Program-made: the position numbers and the translations under genes
Shown here: piece after piece, positions 10,249-21,023 of the stretch
Layout of the letters: each line of letters starts with the position of its first letter
How positions within the stretch are numbered: position 1 is the first letter of the stretch
DNA from: a virus
Lineage: Duplodnaviria; Caudoviricetes
Virus record (IMG/VR): IMGVR_UViG_3300021255_003058
Location: 52,382-116,381 of that record
Length of the DNA: 64,000 nt
Strand: one strand, 5' to 3'
Notes under the pieces: generated by a model
The model's input: the letters and a program-made list of their open reading frames with translations, nothing else
What the model was told of the DNA's origin: nothing
The model's database searches: none

Positions 10249-12141
10249 TTAATATAAACGAAGTTCAATTCCCTTCTCACGGGCTTTTTTCATCTTACCA
10301 GTATTTGACTCGAGTGAATTTGTAAATACAATTTGTACCTCCTTCCAAGAACCTGTCTGACGATACTCAGGGTGACAAGCAAGGAACTCACCCTTTGACT
10401 TATAATCATTAGGTTCACCTGTTAAAATAACAGGAATCTGATTTGAAGTAGTCTTCTTAATTGCTGCATGAACAACTTTGAAATCATCAACAGTCATTCC
10501 AATTTTGTTCAAAATTTCATTAATCTCCTTACACTCATTTGAATTTTCATTCTTGACCCACTGATAACCTTCTGTTGCAAGGTGTTCAAAATCAGCATCT
10601 CCAGTAAGAATATAACTTGCACACTGCTCAGCAACCTTTGAACCACAAAGCTTGAATGAACAAGATTTGATAATATCAGTTAGAGTCAACTGTTTCAAAA
10701 CTTCCTCAAAAGCTTTCTTTGCATTTGAACCATTCTTACCAGCTCCTGCGCCAAAATAAATCTCCTCAGGAGTACATTCCAAAATATTATATTTCAATGT
10801 TGGCTCAGCTTCATCGAAGAAATTAGCAGTTGTCGGATCTACAGAAGAAATATAATCAAAAATCTTCTTAGCAGTTTCACCTCCGATACTAGGAATATTC
10901 AAACTATTTGCTGAATAGATAAACTTTAATTTTGCATGATCCTTTTCATTAAGTACAGCCATCAAATGAATATCATCAATAAGAGTTTCTCCTTCAGGCA
11001 TTGGAATTTCTCCATCATTTGCTTGGGTAACTTTGTAAAGGAAAGGAATAATATCACCAGCAAGTGACATAATAACCTTTGAGCCAATTGTTACACCTTT
11101 TGACTTTAAATATCCATAATTGTGACCAGAACATTTCTGAACATCTCGACCATCCATATTAACTGGATTAACCCAAATAATTGGAGTATATTCTCCAGTT
11201 TTTCCAAGATTCCATGTAATGTTTACAACCTCAGTTTCCTCAAGCATTGGTACAAACTTAATTGCAACACAGTCAGATGGACGATGCTCAGTTGTATTAT
11301 TAATTCGGAAATCTTCAGTTGGCTTAATAACGATGCCATCAAGAGCAAATGGGCAATTGTGACGGTACTCAGCAAATTCATTATAGATATTTGCAAAGTC
11401 ATTTTCATTCAAGATATAACGAGTCTTGAAGAATTGTGGAGTAACACCCGAATGATAATCAGCTTCAGACATCAGAACATTAAGTTTCGTCCACTCACGA
11501 TCTTTAACAATACCTCCACTGACTTGACGCCAATCATAAATAACAATTGACAAATCATTTCTCATTGCAAGATATTCAGGATCTTCTGAATAATCACGGT
11601 TCAGAACTCCTGATACAAATGAACGAGGATTTGTAAACTGTTCAGCATATTTCTCTTCATAAATCTTTTTACTTACAAGAACCTCACCACGGAAAACGTT
11701 ATGTCCTGTAAGTTTGATAAGTGACTCAGGAATAAAACGAACAAGAGGCAATGTTAAATCCTTACCAGTTTCACCATCACCACGAGATGAAATCTGAAGT
11801 AACTTGCCATCTTTGCACTCACATTCGAATGAACAACCGTCAAACTTAGGAGTTACAATAACTTCATGACGACCAAAATATTTAGCAGCCTCAGTAAAAT
11901 ATTTCTTCCAATCAATGTTGCCTTCCTTATCTTTATGAATTTGTACCTTTGAAAGTGAACCCATAATGAAAGGATGAACAATTGTATAAGAAGGATTATG
12001 ACGAGCCCCGACCTGAGCCTTATTCTCAAGTCCGAGTTCCTTTTCAAGCGCATCAAACTCAAAGTCAGTCATAATTTCCTGACCATTATAGTAAGCTTCC
12101 TTTGCACGATAATAAAGCTCAAGTTTTTCTTTCTTTGTCAT
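10249..12141 (-). CDS. ligA: NAD-dependent DNA ligase
   Basis: YY-G...D.EFD.L domain Ia, MGSLSK, PKFDG adenylation motif, RGEV, NPR, DGIVIK, AIKF, GDIIP, C-terminal BRCT-like (LTG...KMKKAREKGI). Confidence 0.95.
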   Translation of the reverse strand: MTKKEKLELYYRAKEAYYNGQEIMTDFEFDALEKELGLENKAQVGARHNPSYTIVHPFIMGSLSKVQIHKDKEGNIDWKKYFTEAAKYFGRHEVIVTPKFDGCSFECECKDGKLLQISSRGDGETGKDLTLPLVRFIPESLIKLTGHNVFRGEVLVSKKIYEEKYAEQFTNPRSFVSGVLNRDYSEDPEYLAMRNDLSIVIYDWRQVSGGIVKDREWTKLNVLMSEADYHSGVTPQFFKTRYILNENDFANIYNEFAEYRHNCPFALDGIVIKPTEDFRINNTTEHRPSDCVAIKFVPMLEETEVVNITWNLGKTGEYTPIIWVNPVNMDGRDVQKCSGHNYGYLKSKGVTIGSKVIMSLAGDIIPFLYKVTQANDGEIPMPEGETLIDDIHLMAVLNEKDHAKLKFIYSANSLNIPSIGGETAKKIFDYISSVDPTTANFFDEAEPTLKYNILECTPEEIYFGAGAGKNGSNAKKAFEEVLKQLTLTDIIKSCSFKLCGSKVAEQCASYILTGDADFEHLATEGYQWVKNENSNECKEINEILNKIGMTVDDFKVVHAAIKKTTSNQIPVILTGEPNDYKSKGEFLACHPEYRQTGSWKEVQIVFTNSLESNTGKMKKAREKGIELRLY

Positions 12142-12156
12142 ATTATATTTTTTACC

Positions 12157-12222
12157 ATATTAATTCAGTTTATTGTATTACTGAATACATAAATAATATA
12201 GAACTTTTTATATAATATTCAA
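12157..12222 (-). promoter_or_regulatory. Phage promoter plus ATGTAT hairpin cassette (copy 3) upstream of ligase
   Basis: TTGAAT-N15-CTATATT; 48 bp identical to 3843-3890. Confidence 0.7.
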
Positions 12223-12223
12223 A

Positions 12224-12250
12224 AAGGTAGGAATTTAAATTCCTACCCTT
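12224..12250 (-). terminator. Intrinsic terminator
   Basis: GGTAGGAATT-t-AAATTCCTACC-type stem right after stop of 12251-13000, T-run on minus strand. Confidence 0.7.
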
Positions 12251-13000
12251 CTAATATCTATGTCTCACGGATTCTTCATAAGTATTTTTATTGTATGTAT
12301 ATCTAATAGGTTCGTTATTAGAGCAATCAAAATCTAATGAAGAACTTAAATTTATTACTGTACAAGGTGAATCAGATGGAAATGCCCATTTCTTATATTT
12401 TGTTTTCTTTGAATATGAACATTCTAATATATTCATATCTTCATTATATTCAATTTCAACATTTTCTAAAGAGCCAGCAAACTTAAATGGTGTACAATTT
12501 ATAACAATAAAATGAAAACATGTCCACCAAATAAGATTACCGTTGAAATATCCTATGCGATAGTCATTCGTATATTTATGTGTAATCATATCTTGTGTTT
12601 TATATGAATGAACAAATCTATGAAGTGGTGCATCAAATGCATGATTCTCTTTAAAATTCTTACCTACTTCAAAAAGCATACCATTATATTCCAAAGAACG
12701 CTCATCATTATCCCATCTTTCATTAATAATTTCATGTACATGTGGCTTGCCTTTCATTTGAATAAGCTTGCCTATATTAATTAGATTTTCAATCTGAAAT
12801 CTATTCATACGACGGTCTTCTCCATCCTTCCAAGGAGTCACCTTAATAAAATGATCTTTTGACTTAATATATTTCCAAACATTATTATGCTTATCAACTA
12901 CATACTCAAAGAAATCAAATTCTTTAACTTTTGCATAACATTTATCTAAAAAAATTCCATTTGATAATTTCAAAAATAATAAAACCAACAATAAATACAA
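12251..13000 (-). CDS. Hypothetical protein (start uncertain)
   Basis: Long ORF; annotated TTG start overlaps a separate 50-aa ORF. Confidence 0.6.
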   Translation of the reverse strand: MYLLLVLLFLKLSNGIFLDKCYAKVKEFDFFEYVVDKHNNVWKYIKSKDHFIKVTPWKDGEDRRMNRFQIENLINIGKLIQMKGKPHVHEIINERWDNDERSLEYNGMLFEVGKNFKENHAFDAPLHRFVHSYKTQDMITHKYTNDYRIGYFNGNLIWWTCFHFIVINCTPFKFAGSLENVEIEYNEDMNILECSYSKKTKYKKWAFPSDSPCTVINLSSSLDFDCSNNEPIRYTYNKNTYEESVRHRY

Positions 13001-13285
13001 TCAACCACCATGGTTTAGGCTTCAATCCACCATTATCAGTCATATATGCTCTATTAAGCATATCTCTAACCATTAATGCGTTTCCTGTACTCATAATAAT
13101 ATTTTATTATAATGTTTTCCACTTATCTCTAATGTAATATTCTCTAATCCAATCGTCATAAGATATTACATCATAAAATTTATCGTTTGATACTTCAACT
13201 TTATCTGTCTCTGGAATAAATTTATAATTATAATAAACTCCAGGCTCATTTATTCTTGCACAAATCATTATTATAATTGTTTAGT

Positions 13286-13852
13286 TTATAAATTTTTCAT
13301 TCTTTCTTTAATTTCAGATATTTTAATTTCATCTATTTTACGAAGTATGTGGGGAATTATTTTGTCAACAGCATCTCTCGATTCAACTTCAATAAAATTA
13401 ACTTTTGCATTATTATATACTTTTCTTATTAAATTATCTAACTCTAATGATTCTTCTAATGTATGAATTCTCCCATAAGTTTCAAAATCAATGTTTCCGC
13501 GTTTTAAGAAAAAATCTAAATTATTAAATTTATTATATTCACTTATAACTAAATTATCAAATTCAATATTTTCACCTTGCTTATACACAATATTATTGAG
13601 AAACGACCCATCATGAACAATTACATCAACTTTTCCAATTTTATTAGTTATTGCGTAATGTTCCATTCCAAATATTGCTATTTGATGTGTTTTTATTGTG
13701 TTGTTTTCTTCATATATACGTTCTTTAATATATTCAGAAACTAATTCACAACTTATTCCCATCTTTTTAAGTCTAGCAAAAAGTTCTGCAGCAACTGTTG
13801 ATTTTCCACTACATGGGCCACCTATTAGATTAACAACTAAAGTTTGATTCAT
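13286..13852 (-). CDS. P-loop nucleotide kinase / NadR-Ttd14 AAA_28-like
   Basis: Walker A GGPCSGKST, VSEY, IVHDGS, GRIHTLEES. Confidence 0.8.
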   Translation of the reverse strand: MNQTLVVNLIGGPCSGKSTVAAELFARLKKMGISCELVSEYIKERIYEENNTIKTHQIAIFGMEHYAITNKIGKVDVIVHDGSFLNNIVYKQGENIEFDNLVISEYNKFNNLDFFLKRGNIDFETYGRIHTLEESLELDNLIRKVYNNAKVNFIEVESRDAVDKIIPHILRKIDEIKISEIKERMKNL

Positions 13853-13977
13853 AAAGTTCTATATGTATTTTTATATGCATCATTCATTTACATTCTGATG
13901 TAAATTATATTAATATAGAACTTATATTAATTTTTGTTAAATTACTTTTTAATCCAATATAAATTTTGGATATAAAA

Positions 13978-14394
13978 TTATCTTTTAATCCAATAAGAAT
14001 ACACTGAAGATTTAAGACATTCATCAGAAACATCATATATGTCGCCGTCTTGTACAATTACAAAATAATCTGCAAGATTAAGAACATATACCGCATTCTT
14101 ATTAAGATCTTTGACAAATTCTTCAACAATTGGCCTAGATTCACCTTTCTTTGGCTTACCCAAAGTTATAAATTCAAAATTATTTTTGCTTAGAATAAAA
14201 TTAATTGCTTGCTTTGATACAGGAATATCGTGTAAAAACAACCCAGCTTTGCTTAACATGTCATAAGCTGTTTCCCATGTAACATCAAAAACTTTAGCAA
14301 TAGCCCGTACCGCTGAATCATTAATATACCAATTCTTTGGCTTACCTGACTTGAAAAACTTACAAGTAGGATTAGGATTATAATATTTTACCAT
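13978..14394 (-). CDS. Hypothetical phage protein
   Basis: YYNPNP...DSAVRAIAK..WETAY motif seen in phage proteins. Confidence 0.65.
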   Translation of the reverse strand: MVKYYNPNPTCKFFKSGKPKNWYINDSAVRAIAKVFDVTWETAYDMLSKAGLFLHDIPVSKQAINFILSKNNFEFITLGKPKKGESRPIVEEFVKDLNKNAVYVLNLADYFVIVQDGDIYDVSDECLKSSVYSYWIKR

Positions 14395-14734
14395 TTCTTA
14401 CAAATTTAAAATATTTAACTTATTATATATGTTATTTAATATTATCAGTTATTATATAGTATTCACAAAAAAATATTTAAATAGAATATGAAATTAATCT
14501 ACAATACCACCATAGAACTCATCAAATGTTGAACTACGACGTTTCATAGTATGAGGATTAATCATATAATGACCGTATTTGGTATCGTTACCCTCTCGAT
14601 AGACTTTATAGAATTTACCATCACTGTTGCCCTCTGAATAATTGTTTTTAATAAAATTATCCATCTCAGTTGAAATACAAATGAGATGGTAACGGGCAGA
14701 TTCACATACATTAATTACATCTTGATTAGTCATA

Positions 14735-15008
14735 TTACTTAATGTGTTTTCCAAATGTTGATTTATTTTCAAATGTTGCAACCATAATGTTCTTAATATT
14801 GAATGTTCCTCTATCTCCGGCATGTGAAAAATAAGAATATCCAAGCTCCTTACAATGAAGCATATACTTACCGTTGCGACTTATTAAAATACGATTTGTC
14901 TTTGTATTACGAATGCGGCCTTTATTTGAAACCTCATAAAAATCAGCAATTACCCAATTGGGATTAACAAGTTTACCGTTAATTTTCTTCCAAATTTCCT
15001 TTTCCATA
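14735..15008 (-). CDS. NUMOD4-motif protein
   Basis: MEKEIWK...YEVSNKGRIRN; likely start at 15008. Confidence 0.7.
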
Positions 15009-15326
15009 TTACTTGATATAAAGATTATCAACTTCATTATTGAAATTATCACCATCACGATGATAAATTACCTTTCCATAACAGTCACCAACAAATGTCT
15101 GATAAACAGTATGGTCAACCAAGAACTGTAATGTGCTATCATTACCATTAATTCTTTTATGATTAGTCCACATCAAACGTTTTTTATCATAAGTCTTAAA
15201 TGGATGAATGAATTTACCTGTCTTTGCATTACGAATACGCCCCTTATTTGAGATTTCATAATTACCAATGTATGAACTCATGTAATACAAATCCTTAGAA
15301 ATAGGTTTCCAAATTTCGTTTATCAT
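15009..15326 (-). CDS. NUMOD4 plus degenerate HNH protein
   Basis: EIWKPI...YEISNKGRIRN; V..TFVG...HRDGDNFNNEVDNL. Confidence 0.75.
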   Translation of the reverse strand: MINEIWKPISKDLYYMSSYIGNYEISNKGRIRNAKTGKFIHPFKTYDKKRLMWTNHKRINGNDSTLQFLVDHTVYQTFVGDCYGKVIYHRDGDNFNNEVDNLYIK

Positions 15327-15349
15327 ATTTTTATTGTTTAATTAATAAT

Positions 15350-15386
15350 TACAAATATAATATAGTATTTAATTTTTAAATTTCAA
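15350..15386 (-). promoter_or_regulatory. Phage promoter, cassette-free form
   Basis: TTGAAA-N15-CTATATTATATTTGTA; same form at 16106-16141 and 38781-38817. Confidence 0.7.
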
Positions 15387-16247
15387 ATATATTATGAAAA
15401 TTTAAAGATAAGATCTCCAACTTGGACCTTTTACTAAATCTACAGTAACCCAAAGAGATCCACTTGTATCAATATTTGAAATATAGAAACAATCTACTTC
15501 CGCAAGAAATGGCAGATAATTGCCACGATTTATATGTTTGTCTCCATAAAACAATGTCGTAACTTCATCAAAAGCAACTCGAGCAGTTGAAAATGGCATT
15601 AAACCTTTTACATCTTTTGCTACTTTAATTGCTTCGCCATGACAATTGAAATTTGAATAAGGAACATTAATATGAACTTTAGTTTTCCCAAGTGCTTCTG
15701 CAATACCTTTAGTAATGGTATCAAGCTGATAACCTGTTGACCACATGCCATGTGAGACATATTTCTTCTTTAACTCTTCAATAGCTTCTGTTTTCTTTTT
15801 TCCAAATCTCATATTATCTATCGAATTTTGCATTTAACCCAAGTTCTTTCAGATATTTAATTACTTTTTTTGTATCATTTTCAGTAAGAGTTCCAATATG
15901 ATATTCATAAGATTCATTTGCTTTAATATTCCTATAAGAACAGTAATCATAAACGCTAAACATAGTTCCATCAGGCATCTGTGACCACCAATTTCTTTGT
16001 GTTTTATAATCATCAGATCCATTATGATTACCAAGAACCTTATTAATCTTAACTGCTGAATTTTTTACAATTCCAAAAAAGTAACCCATATTAAATTTAT
16101 ATTTTACAAATATAATATAGTATTTATATTTAAATTTTCAAATATAATTAAAAAAATAATATTATTTATCTTGTATTTAACATCTTTTAAATATTTTAAT
16201 TTTTATTTCATAAATTCTATATTGTATTATATTTATATGAGGTTTAT

Positions 16248-17162
16248 ATGATAGATTTTTCAAATTTAAATGTAGATAAAAGTTTAAGAAAAGTAAGTAT
16301 ATCAAATTTGCTTGATACATTAGAAACACCATTTGATGCTGAAACTGTATCTGAAAAGACATCAGCAAAATATTTTGATAATCCTGAGTCAGAATATTAT
16401 CATATGACAGCTGAAGAAATACGTGAAGCATGGTCAGCAAAGGGTGCAACATCAACTCATTATGGATCATTACTTGATGATTATATTGGGTGTATATTAA
16501 CAGGTAATGAAAATGATCTACGATTATTCAAACTTGATAATGGATATGATTTTGATGAAAGACTTAAAGCTCATTGTGATGCTTTCGATAATTTCTATTC
16601 TGTATTAAGTAAATCAGGAGATACTGAATTTGTTGATAGAGAAAAATATCTTTATCTTAAGGTTAAAGATCCGATGACAAAAGAAGATATGTATGTGTAT
16701 GGACGTTTTGATGCTTTGTTTAGAAACAAACGTACAGGCAAATATATATTAATTGACTGGAAATCATCAGGAACGATTGATAAAGTTGCAGATAAATGGA
16801 CAAAGAAAATGTTAGGTCCTATGTTCAAATATCCTCAATTAAATTGGTATCGTTATACATTACAATTGTATTTCTATAAACAAGCATTGCTTAAGTCAGG
16901 ATATGTTTCTGAAAATACAAAACCTGAAGATATAGTTGTAATGATTGTTAATTTACCGGATCATATTATTCCTGAGGTTAATATGAATTATCAAATACAT
17001 CAAGGTGCAATGCCTTATGATGAAAATATGATGAATACTTTCTATAAGTTTGCAATTGAAAAACATATGATTCTTGAATCTCAAAAGAAAGAGGAAAAGA
17101 AAGAAAAGAAAGTACAACAAGAAGTGCAAACACAGGAAGAAAATTTAGCAGATATATTTTAA
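16248..17162 (+). CDS. PD-(D/E)xK exonuclease (RecB/Cas4-like)
   Basis: GRFDALF...ILIDWKSS, Y.LQLYFY motifs. Confidence 0.8.
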   Translation: MIDFSNLNVDKSLRKVSISNLLDTLETPFDAETVSEKTSAKYFDNPESEYYHMTAEEIREAWSAKGATSTHYGSLLDDYIGCILTGNENDLRLFKLDNGYDFDERLKAHCDAFDNFYSVLSKSGDTEFVDREKYLYLKVKDPMTKEDMYVYGRFDALFRNKRTGKYILIDWKSSGTIDKVADKWTKKMLGPMFKYPQLNWYRYTLQLYFYKQALLKSGYVSENTKPEDIVVMIVNLPDHIIPEVNMNYQIHQGAMPYDENMMNTFYKFAIEKHMILESQKKEEKKEKKVQQEVQTQEENLADIF

Positions 17163-17533
17163 TGAAACAATTTAAAGATTTACAACCTGGCGATATAATT
17201 TATTATTATGATCACTGTACAATGAAACCACGAATTGTTGAAAGAACAGATTGGGATATTAGAGAAGAAGTACAAAAATATCGTGGGTGGGAAGATAAAC
17301 ACACATATAAATATTTATTAATTTATTGTGTAAATTGTAAAGAACCAGTAAAGATATATTGTTCTTTACATGATGGTGCAAGTTCACATGAAGGAGTTTA
17401 TTTTTCATGTAAGGAAGCTGCTGAGCAATGCCTTAAAGTACTTAAATGTTATAGAGAACGTAGAATAGAACGAGCAAAAAATTTAATTGAAAAAGAAACA
17501 AAAATTTTAAGTAAATATAAGTTTAATGATTAA
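17162..17533 (+). CDS. Hypothetical protein
   Basis: 123-aa ORF translationally coupled. Confidence 0.65.
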   Translation: MKQFKDLQPGDIIYYYDHCTMKPRIVERTDWDIREEVQKYRGWEDKHTYKYLLIYCVNCKEPVKIYCSLHDGASSHEGVYFSCKEAAEQCLKVLKCYRERRIERAKNLIEKETKILSKYKFND

Positions 17534-17979
17534 AATAATTTAATATGATTTTTCCATTAATTAATAGATATAAAGTATATAGCTTTGAAGGTAATGACGT
17601 AGTAATCAGACACCAAGATTTATTTCGTCAAGTATATTTACAAACAATTGTAACAGAAGGTGAATCTCAGTTTATTACTGTAAATTGGTGGGATTTTGCA
17701 TTTAAAGCATATTTTGCATATGAATTAAAACATAGTAAATGTGAAGATATATACAGAGAATCTATAGAGTATATATAATATGATTAACCCATTTAAGTTA
17801 AAAGAAAATAAACGATATACATTATATGGTAGAACAATAATCGTTTTTAAAATTCTACCATATAATGTATTGTGGTATTATTTGGATCAATGGTGGGTTG
17901 AACAAACAAAAAAACCAAATTTATATAATTCTAAATTATGGTGGTTTATAATAGATGCACAAAAATATAAATATTATTA

Positions 17980-19095
17980 ATGAACATTTTAAAATCAAAT
18001 TTTGAAATAATTGAACAAAAATATGATGATTTATTAATTGATATGTTTCGTCATATAGAAATATGTGGACGAACTTGTTATAAATCTGAAGATAAGATAA
18101 CTGATACATCATATGAAAAGTTTGTCAAAATGCTTGAAGAAGCAGAACATGGTGCAATGCTTGAACATGGAACAGTTTATTTAACAATACCATTAGGAAC
18201 ACCAATAGATGATCCACAATATATGTGGAAACATGATATTGCAAGTTTCTTTTCAAAAAATAAGTATTCAGTAGTTAAAGAAAAGACCATCAACGAAACA
18301 GTTGATGTTGAAATTAAAGGCTACGGAATGCAAACACAAGCATCTGCTCATTTCTATTTTATTACAACAAATTGGAGAGTAATTTATGAAAATAGAGATA
18401 AATTGCTTTCTAAATATTGGCTTAACAATTTTCATATTGAAAAGGAATCATTAAAAGATTCAGTTTTACAATGGATGACCGAACCATCTGAAGAACATGA
18501 AAAACGATATACTGTAAGATTTACATATCATCTTGCTGTTGCTCGAGATATTAATAGACACCGTGTTCAATCAATAGGTGAAGAATCAACTCGTTATTGT
18601 AATTATTCAAAAGAAAAATTTGGAGCTGAATTAAATATTATTGAACCTGTTTTCTTTTCTGATTTAGCAAAGAAACGTATCAATTCAGAGAATCAATGGT
18701 CATTAAAAACAATGTGTAGATTAATTGCACAAGGACGAGAAAATGAAATGGATGATATTGATATGTGGAGATTTGTTAATTTAGCTTGTGAATTTGGATA
18801 TAAATATAATGTTGATGTATTCAAATGGACTCCACAACAAGCATCATTAATGTTGCCTCTTGATACAAAGACTTGTTCAGTACATACTGCATTTGCATCT
18901 GATTGGGAACATTTTTTTGCATTAAGAGCATTAGGAACAACTGGTGCGCCACGTCCATCAGCCAAAGAAGTTGCATGGCCATTGATGGAAGAATTTATTA
19001 AAAGAAATTATATACAATTAAATGATAAATTAAAAAATATATATTTAGAAATAAAAAATAAATATATAAATATAAATGATTATATTAGAAAGTAA
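17980..19095 (+). CDS. thyX: Flavin-dependent thymidylate synthase
   Basis: GRTCYKSE, HGAMLEH, RHRVQSIGEESTRY (RHRx7S motif), W.HFF.LR. Confidence 0.92.
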   Translation: MNILKSNFEIIEQKYDDLLIDMFRHIEICGRTCYKSEDKITDTSYEKFVKMLEEAEHGAMLEHGTVYLTIPLGTPIDDPQYMWKHDIASFFSKNKYSVVKEKTINETVDVEIKGYGMQTQASAHFYFITTNWRVIYENRDKLLSKYWLNNFHIEKESLKDSVLQWMTEPSEEHEKRYTVRFTYHLAVARDINRHRVQSIGEESTRYCNYSKEKFGAELNIIEPVFFSDLAKKRINSENQWSLKTMCRLIAQGRENEMDDIDMWRFVNLACEFGYKYNVDVFKWTPQQASLMLPLDTKTCSVHTAFASDWEHFFALRALGTTGAPRPSAKEVAWPLMEEFIKRNYIQLNDKLKNIYLEIKNKYININDYIRK

Positions 19096-19161
19096 TATTA
19101 AAAAAATGTTACCAATATAAATAATATTTATTATTTTAAATATAAATAATTTAATTTATAT

Positions 19162-19812
19162 ATGAAGTCATTTATTGTATATAAACATACATGTCCTAAT
19201 GGTAAATGTTATATAGGAATTACATCAAAATCAAATGCAAACCAAAGATGGAGAGATGGTCGTCCATATATTGGTGATAGAAAACATTTAACAAAATGGG
19301 GTGCAGCTATTATAAAATATGGATGGGAAAATATTTTACATGAAATTTTACATGCAAATTTAACAAAAGAAGAAGCTTGTAATTATGAAAAACAATATAT
19401 AAAATATTATAAAGATTTAAACCAATGTTATAATATGACTGAAGGTGGAGATGGAATATGGGGATATAAATTTACAGATGAGCAAAGAAAAAAAATATCT
19501 GATTCACATAAAGGATTAAAACAATCACAAGAAACAATTAATAAAAGAGTTCAAAAAAATATTGGACAACATAGATCTGATGAATCAAAAAAGAAAAAAA
19601 GTATACCAGTTTTACAATTTGATTTAAATGGAAATTTTATTAAAGAATATTTTGGGTGTAGAGAAGCAGTACGACAAACTGGTATATTTCATATTGTAGA
19701 TGTTTGTAAAGGTATAAGAAAAAGTGCAGGTGGATATTTTTGGAAATTTAAAGACGAAAACCATCCAAATTTTATGAAAACTACAAAATATATTTTAAAT
19801 AATAAGAAATAA
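19162..19812 (+). CDS. Free-standing GIY-YIG homing endonuclease with NUMOD3/NUMOD1 repeats
   Basis: IVYKH...YIGIT, R, E, YNMTEGG; FTDEQRKKISDSHKG; VLQFDLNGNFIKEY...SAGGYFWKF. Confidence 0.88.
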   Translation: MKSFIVYKHTCPNGKCYIGITSKSNANQRWRDGRPYIGDRKHLTKWGAAIIKYGWENILHEILHANLTKEEACNYEKQYIKYYKDLNQCYNMTEGGDGIWGYKFTDEQRKKISDSHKGLKQSQETINKRVQKNIGQHRSDESKKKKSIPVLQFDLNGNFIKEYFGCREAVRQTGIFHIVDVCKGIRKSAGGYFWKFKDENHPNFMKTTKYILNNKK

Positions 19813-19897
19813 TAAAAATAAGTTTCCAAATATTGAAAATTATATAAAGTTATGAAAACATTAAATAATCATATTGAAGAAACATTGATTAAGTCAT

Positions 19898-20734
19898 ATG
19901 ATAGGAATAATTGGAGCAATAGTAGGTGATTTGATAGGTCAAGCTTATGAATTTCATTCTACAAAAGACTATAATTTTGAATTACTTTCTGAGAAGTCTC
20001 ATGTAACAGACGATAGTACATGTACAATAGCTGTTGCAGATTGGCTATTACATACCAATAGGACACATGAAGAACTAATAGATAAATTCAAATACTGGTG
20101 CAATAAATACAACTATGGGTTTGCACCAATGTTCAAGAGCTGGGTCAATTCAGAAAATAGAAACCCATATAATTCATTTGGTAATGGATCTGCAATGAGA
20201 GTATCACCAGTTGCTTGGGTATCTACATCATTAGAAGAATGCATTAAACTTGCTAAAATATCTGCTGAAGTAACACATAATCATCCTGAAGGTATCAAAG
20301 GAGCTATAACAATTGCTATTGCTATCTATCTTAACAGGCAAGGAAAATCAAAGAATGAAATTATTGACTATATATTAAATGAGACAGATTATAAATTACA
20401 GTCTTATGATGAATTACATAGAACACATAAATTCATTTGTACTTGCCAATGTTCAGTACCAGCTTGTTTGACTTGTTGGTATGAAAGTACATCATATGAA
20501 GATTGTATTCGTAAAGCTATATCATTAGGTGGTGATGCAGATACTGAAGGATGCATAGCTGGAAGTATATGTAATGCAAATAAAGAAACAAGTATTGATG
20601 ATGATTTTGTAAATAAATTATGTTTAGATGGCTATATACCTAATGAATTTATCGATATTATAAATGAATTTCATGAAAAATATGAATTAATAGATTGTTT
20701 ATTAACATTAGATGAAAAACAAGATAACATTTAA
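19898..20734 (+). CDS. ADP-ribosylglycohydrolase (DraG/ARH family)
   Basis: GAIVGD, TDDS, SFGNGSAMRVSP, THNHPEG, GGDADT. Confidence 0.92.
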   Translation: MIGIIGAIVGDLIGQAYEFHSTKDYNFELLSEKSHVTDDSTCTIAVADWLLHTNRTHEELIDKFKYWCNKYNYGFAPMFKSWVNSENRNPYNSFGNGSAMRVSPVAWVSTSLEECIKLAKISAEVTHNHPEGIKGAITIAIAIYLNRQGKSKNEIIDYILNETDYKLQSYDELHRTHKFICTCQCSVPACLTCWYESTSYEDCIRKAISLGGDADTEGCIAGSICNANKETSIDDDFVNKLCLDGYIPNEFIDIINEFHEKYELIDCLLTLDEKQDNI

Positions 20735-21023
20735 AAATTTTTGGATATGGTTTTCTGACCAATGTCGTCGTAAGACTGTATTTAAAAATTTCTTTATAAC
20801 AAGAAATACATGGGGTGCATTCTCTATAAATTCACATATCAACCAGCATACTAATAAAGAAAAGGTAATGTACAATACCGTTGAAGGTGCTAAGAAAGCA
20901 GCTGATGCAATGAGTAAAAAACATAATACGCATTTCTCATATTATAAATGTCTATTTTGTGATGGGTATCATATAGGGAAAAATAAAGATAACAAAACTG
21001 ATTATGATAAAAAAGTTAACTGA
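20712..21023 (+). CDS. Hypothetical protein with CxxC..YH motif
   Basis: YKCLFCDGYHIGK. Confidence 0.65.
   Translation: MKNKITFKNFWIWFSDQCRRKTVFKNFFITRNTWGAFSINSHINQHTNKEKVMYNTVEGAKKAADAMSKKHNTHFSYYKCLFCDGYHIGKNKDNKTDYDKKVN

Noticed and set aside
11122-11550. Antisense and alternative-frame ORFs in the track (also e.g. 40195-40719, 44148-44462, 45793-46104, 62611-63300)
   Set aside because: Shadows of well-supported genes; no recognisable motifs
16248-17162. Cas4 of a CRISPR system
   Set aside because: Lacks the Fe-S cysteine cluster; no array or other cas genes
19096-19897. Group I intron around the GIY-YIG gene
   Set aside because: thyX and the ARH gene both look complete, and the flanks are short AT-rich spacers with no ribozyme core
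19852-19929. MKTLNNHIEE leader as an N-terminal targeting signal of the ARH protein
   Set aside because: Out of frame with the ARH ORF and no clear slippery site; cannot be supported without reads or homologs
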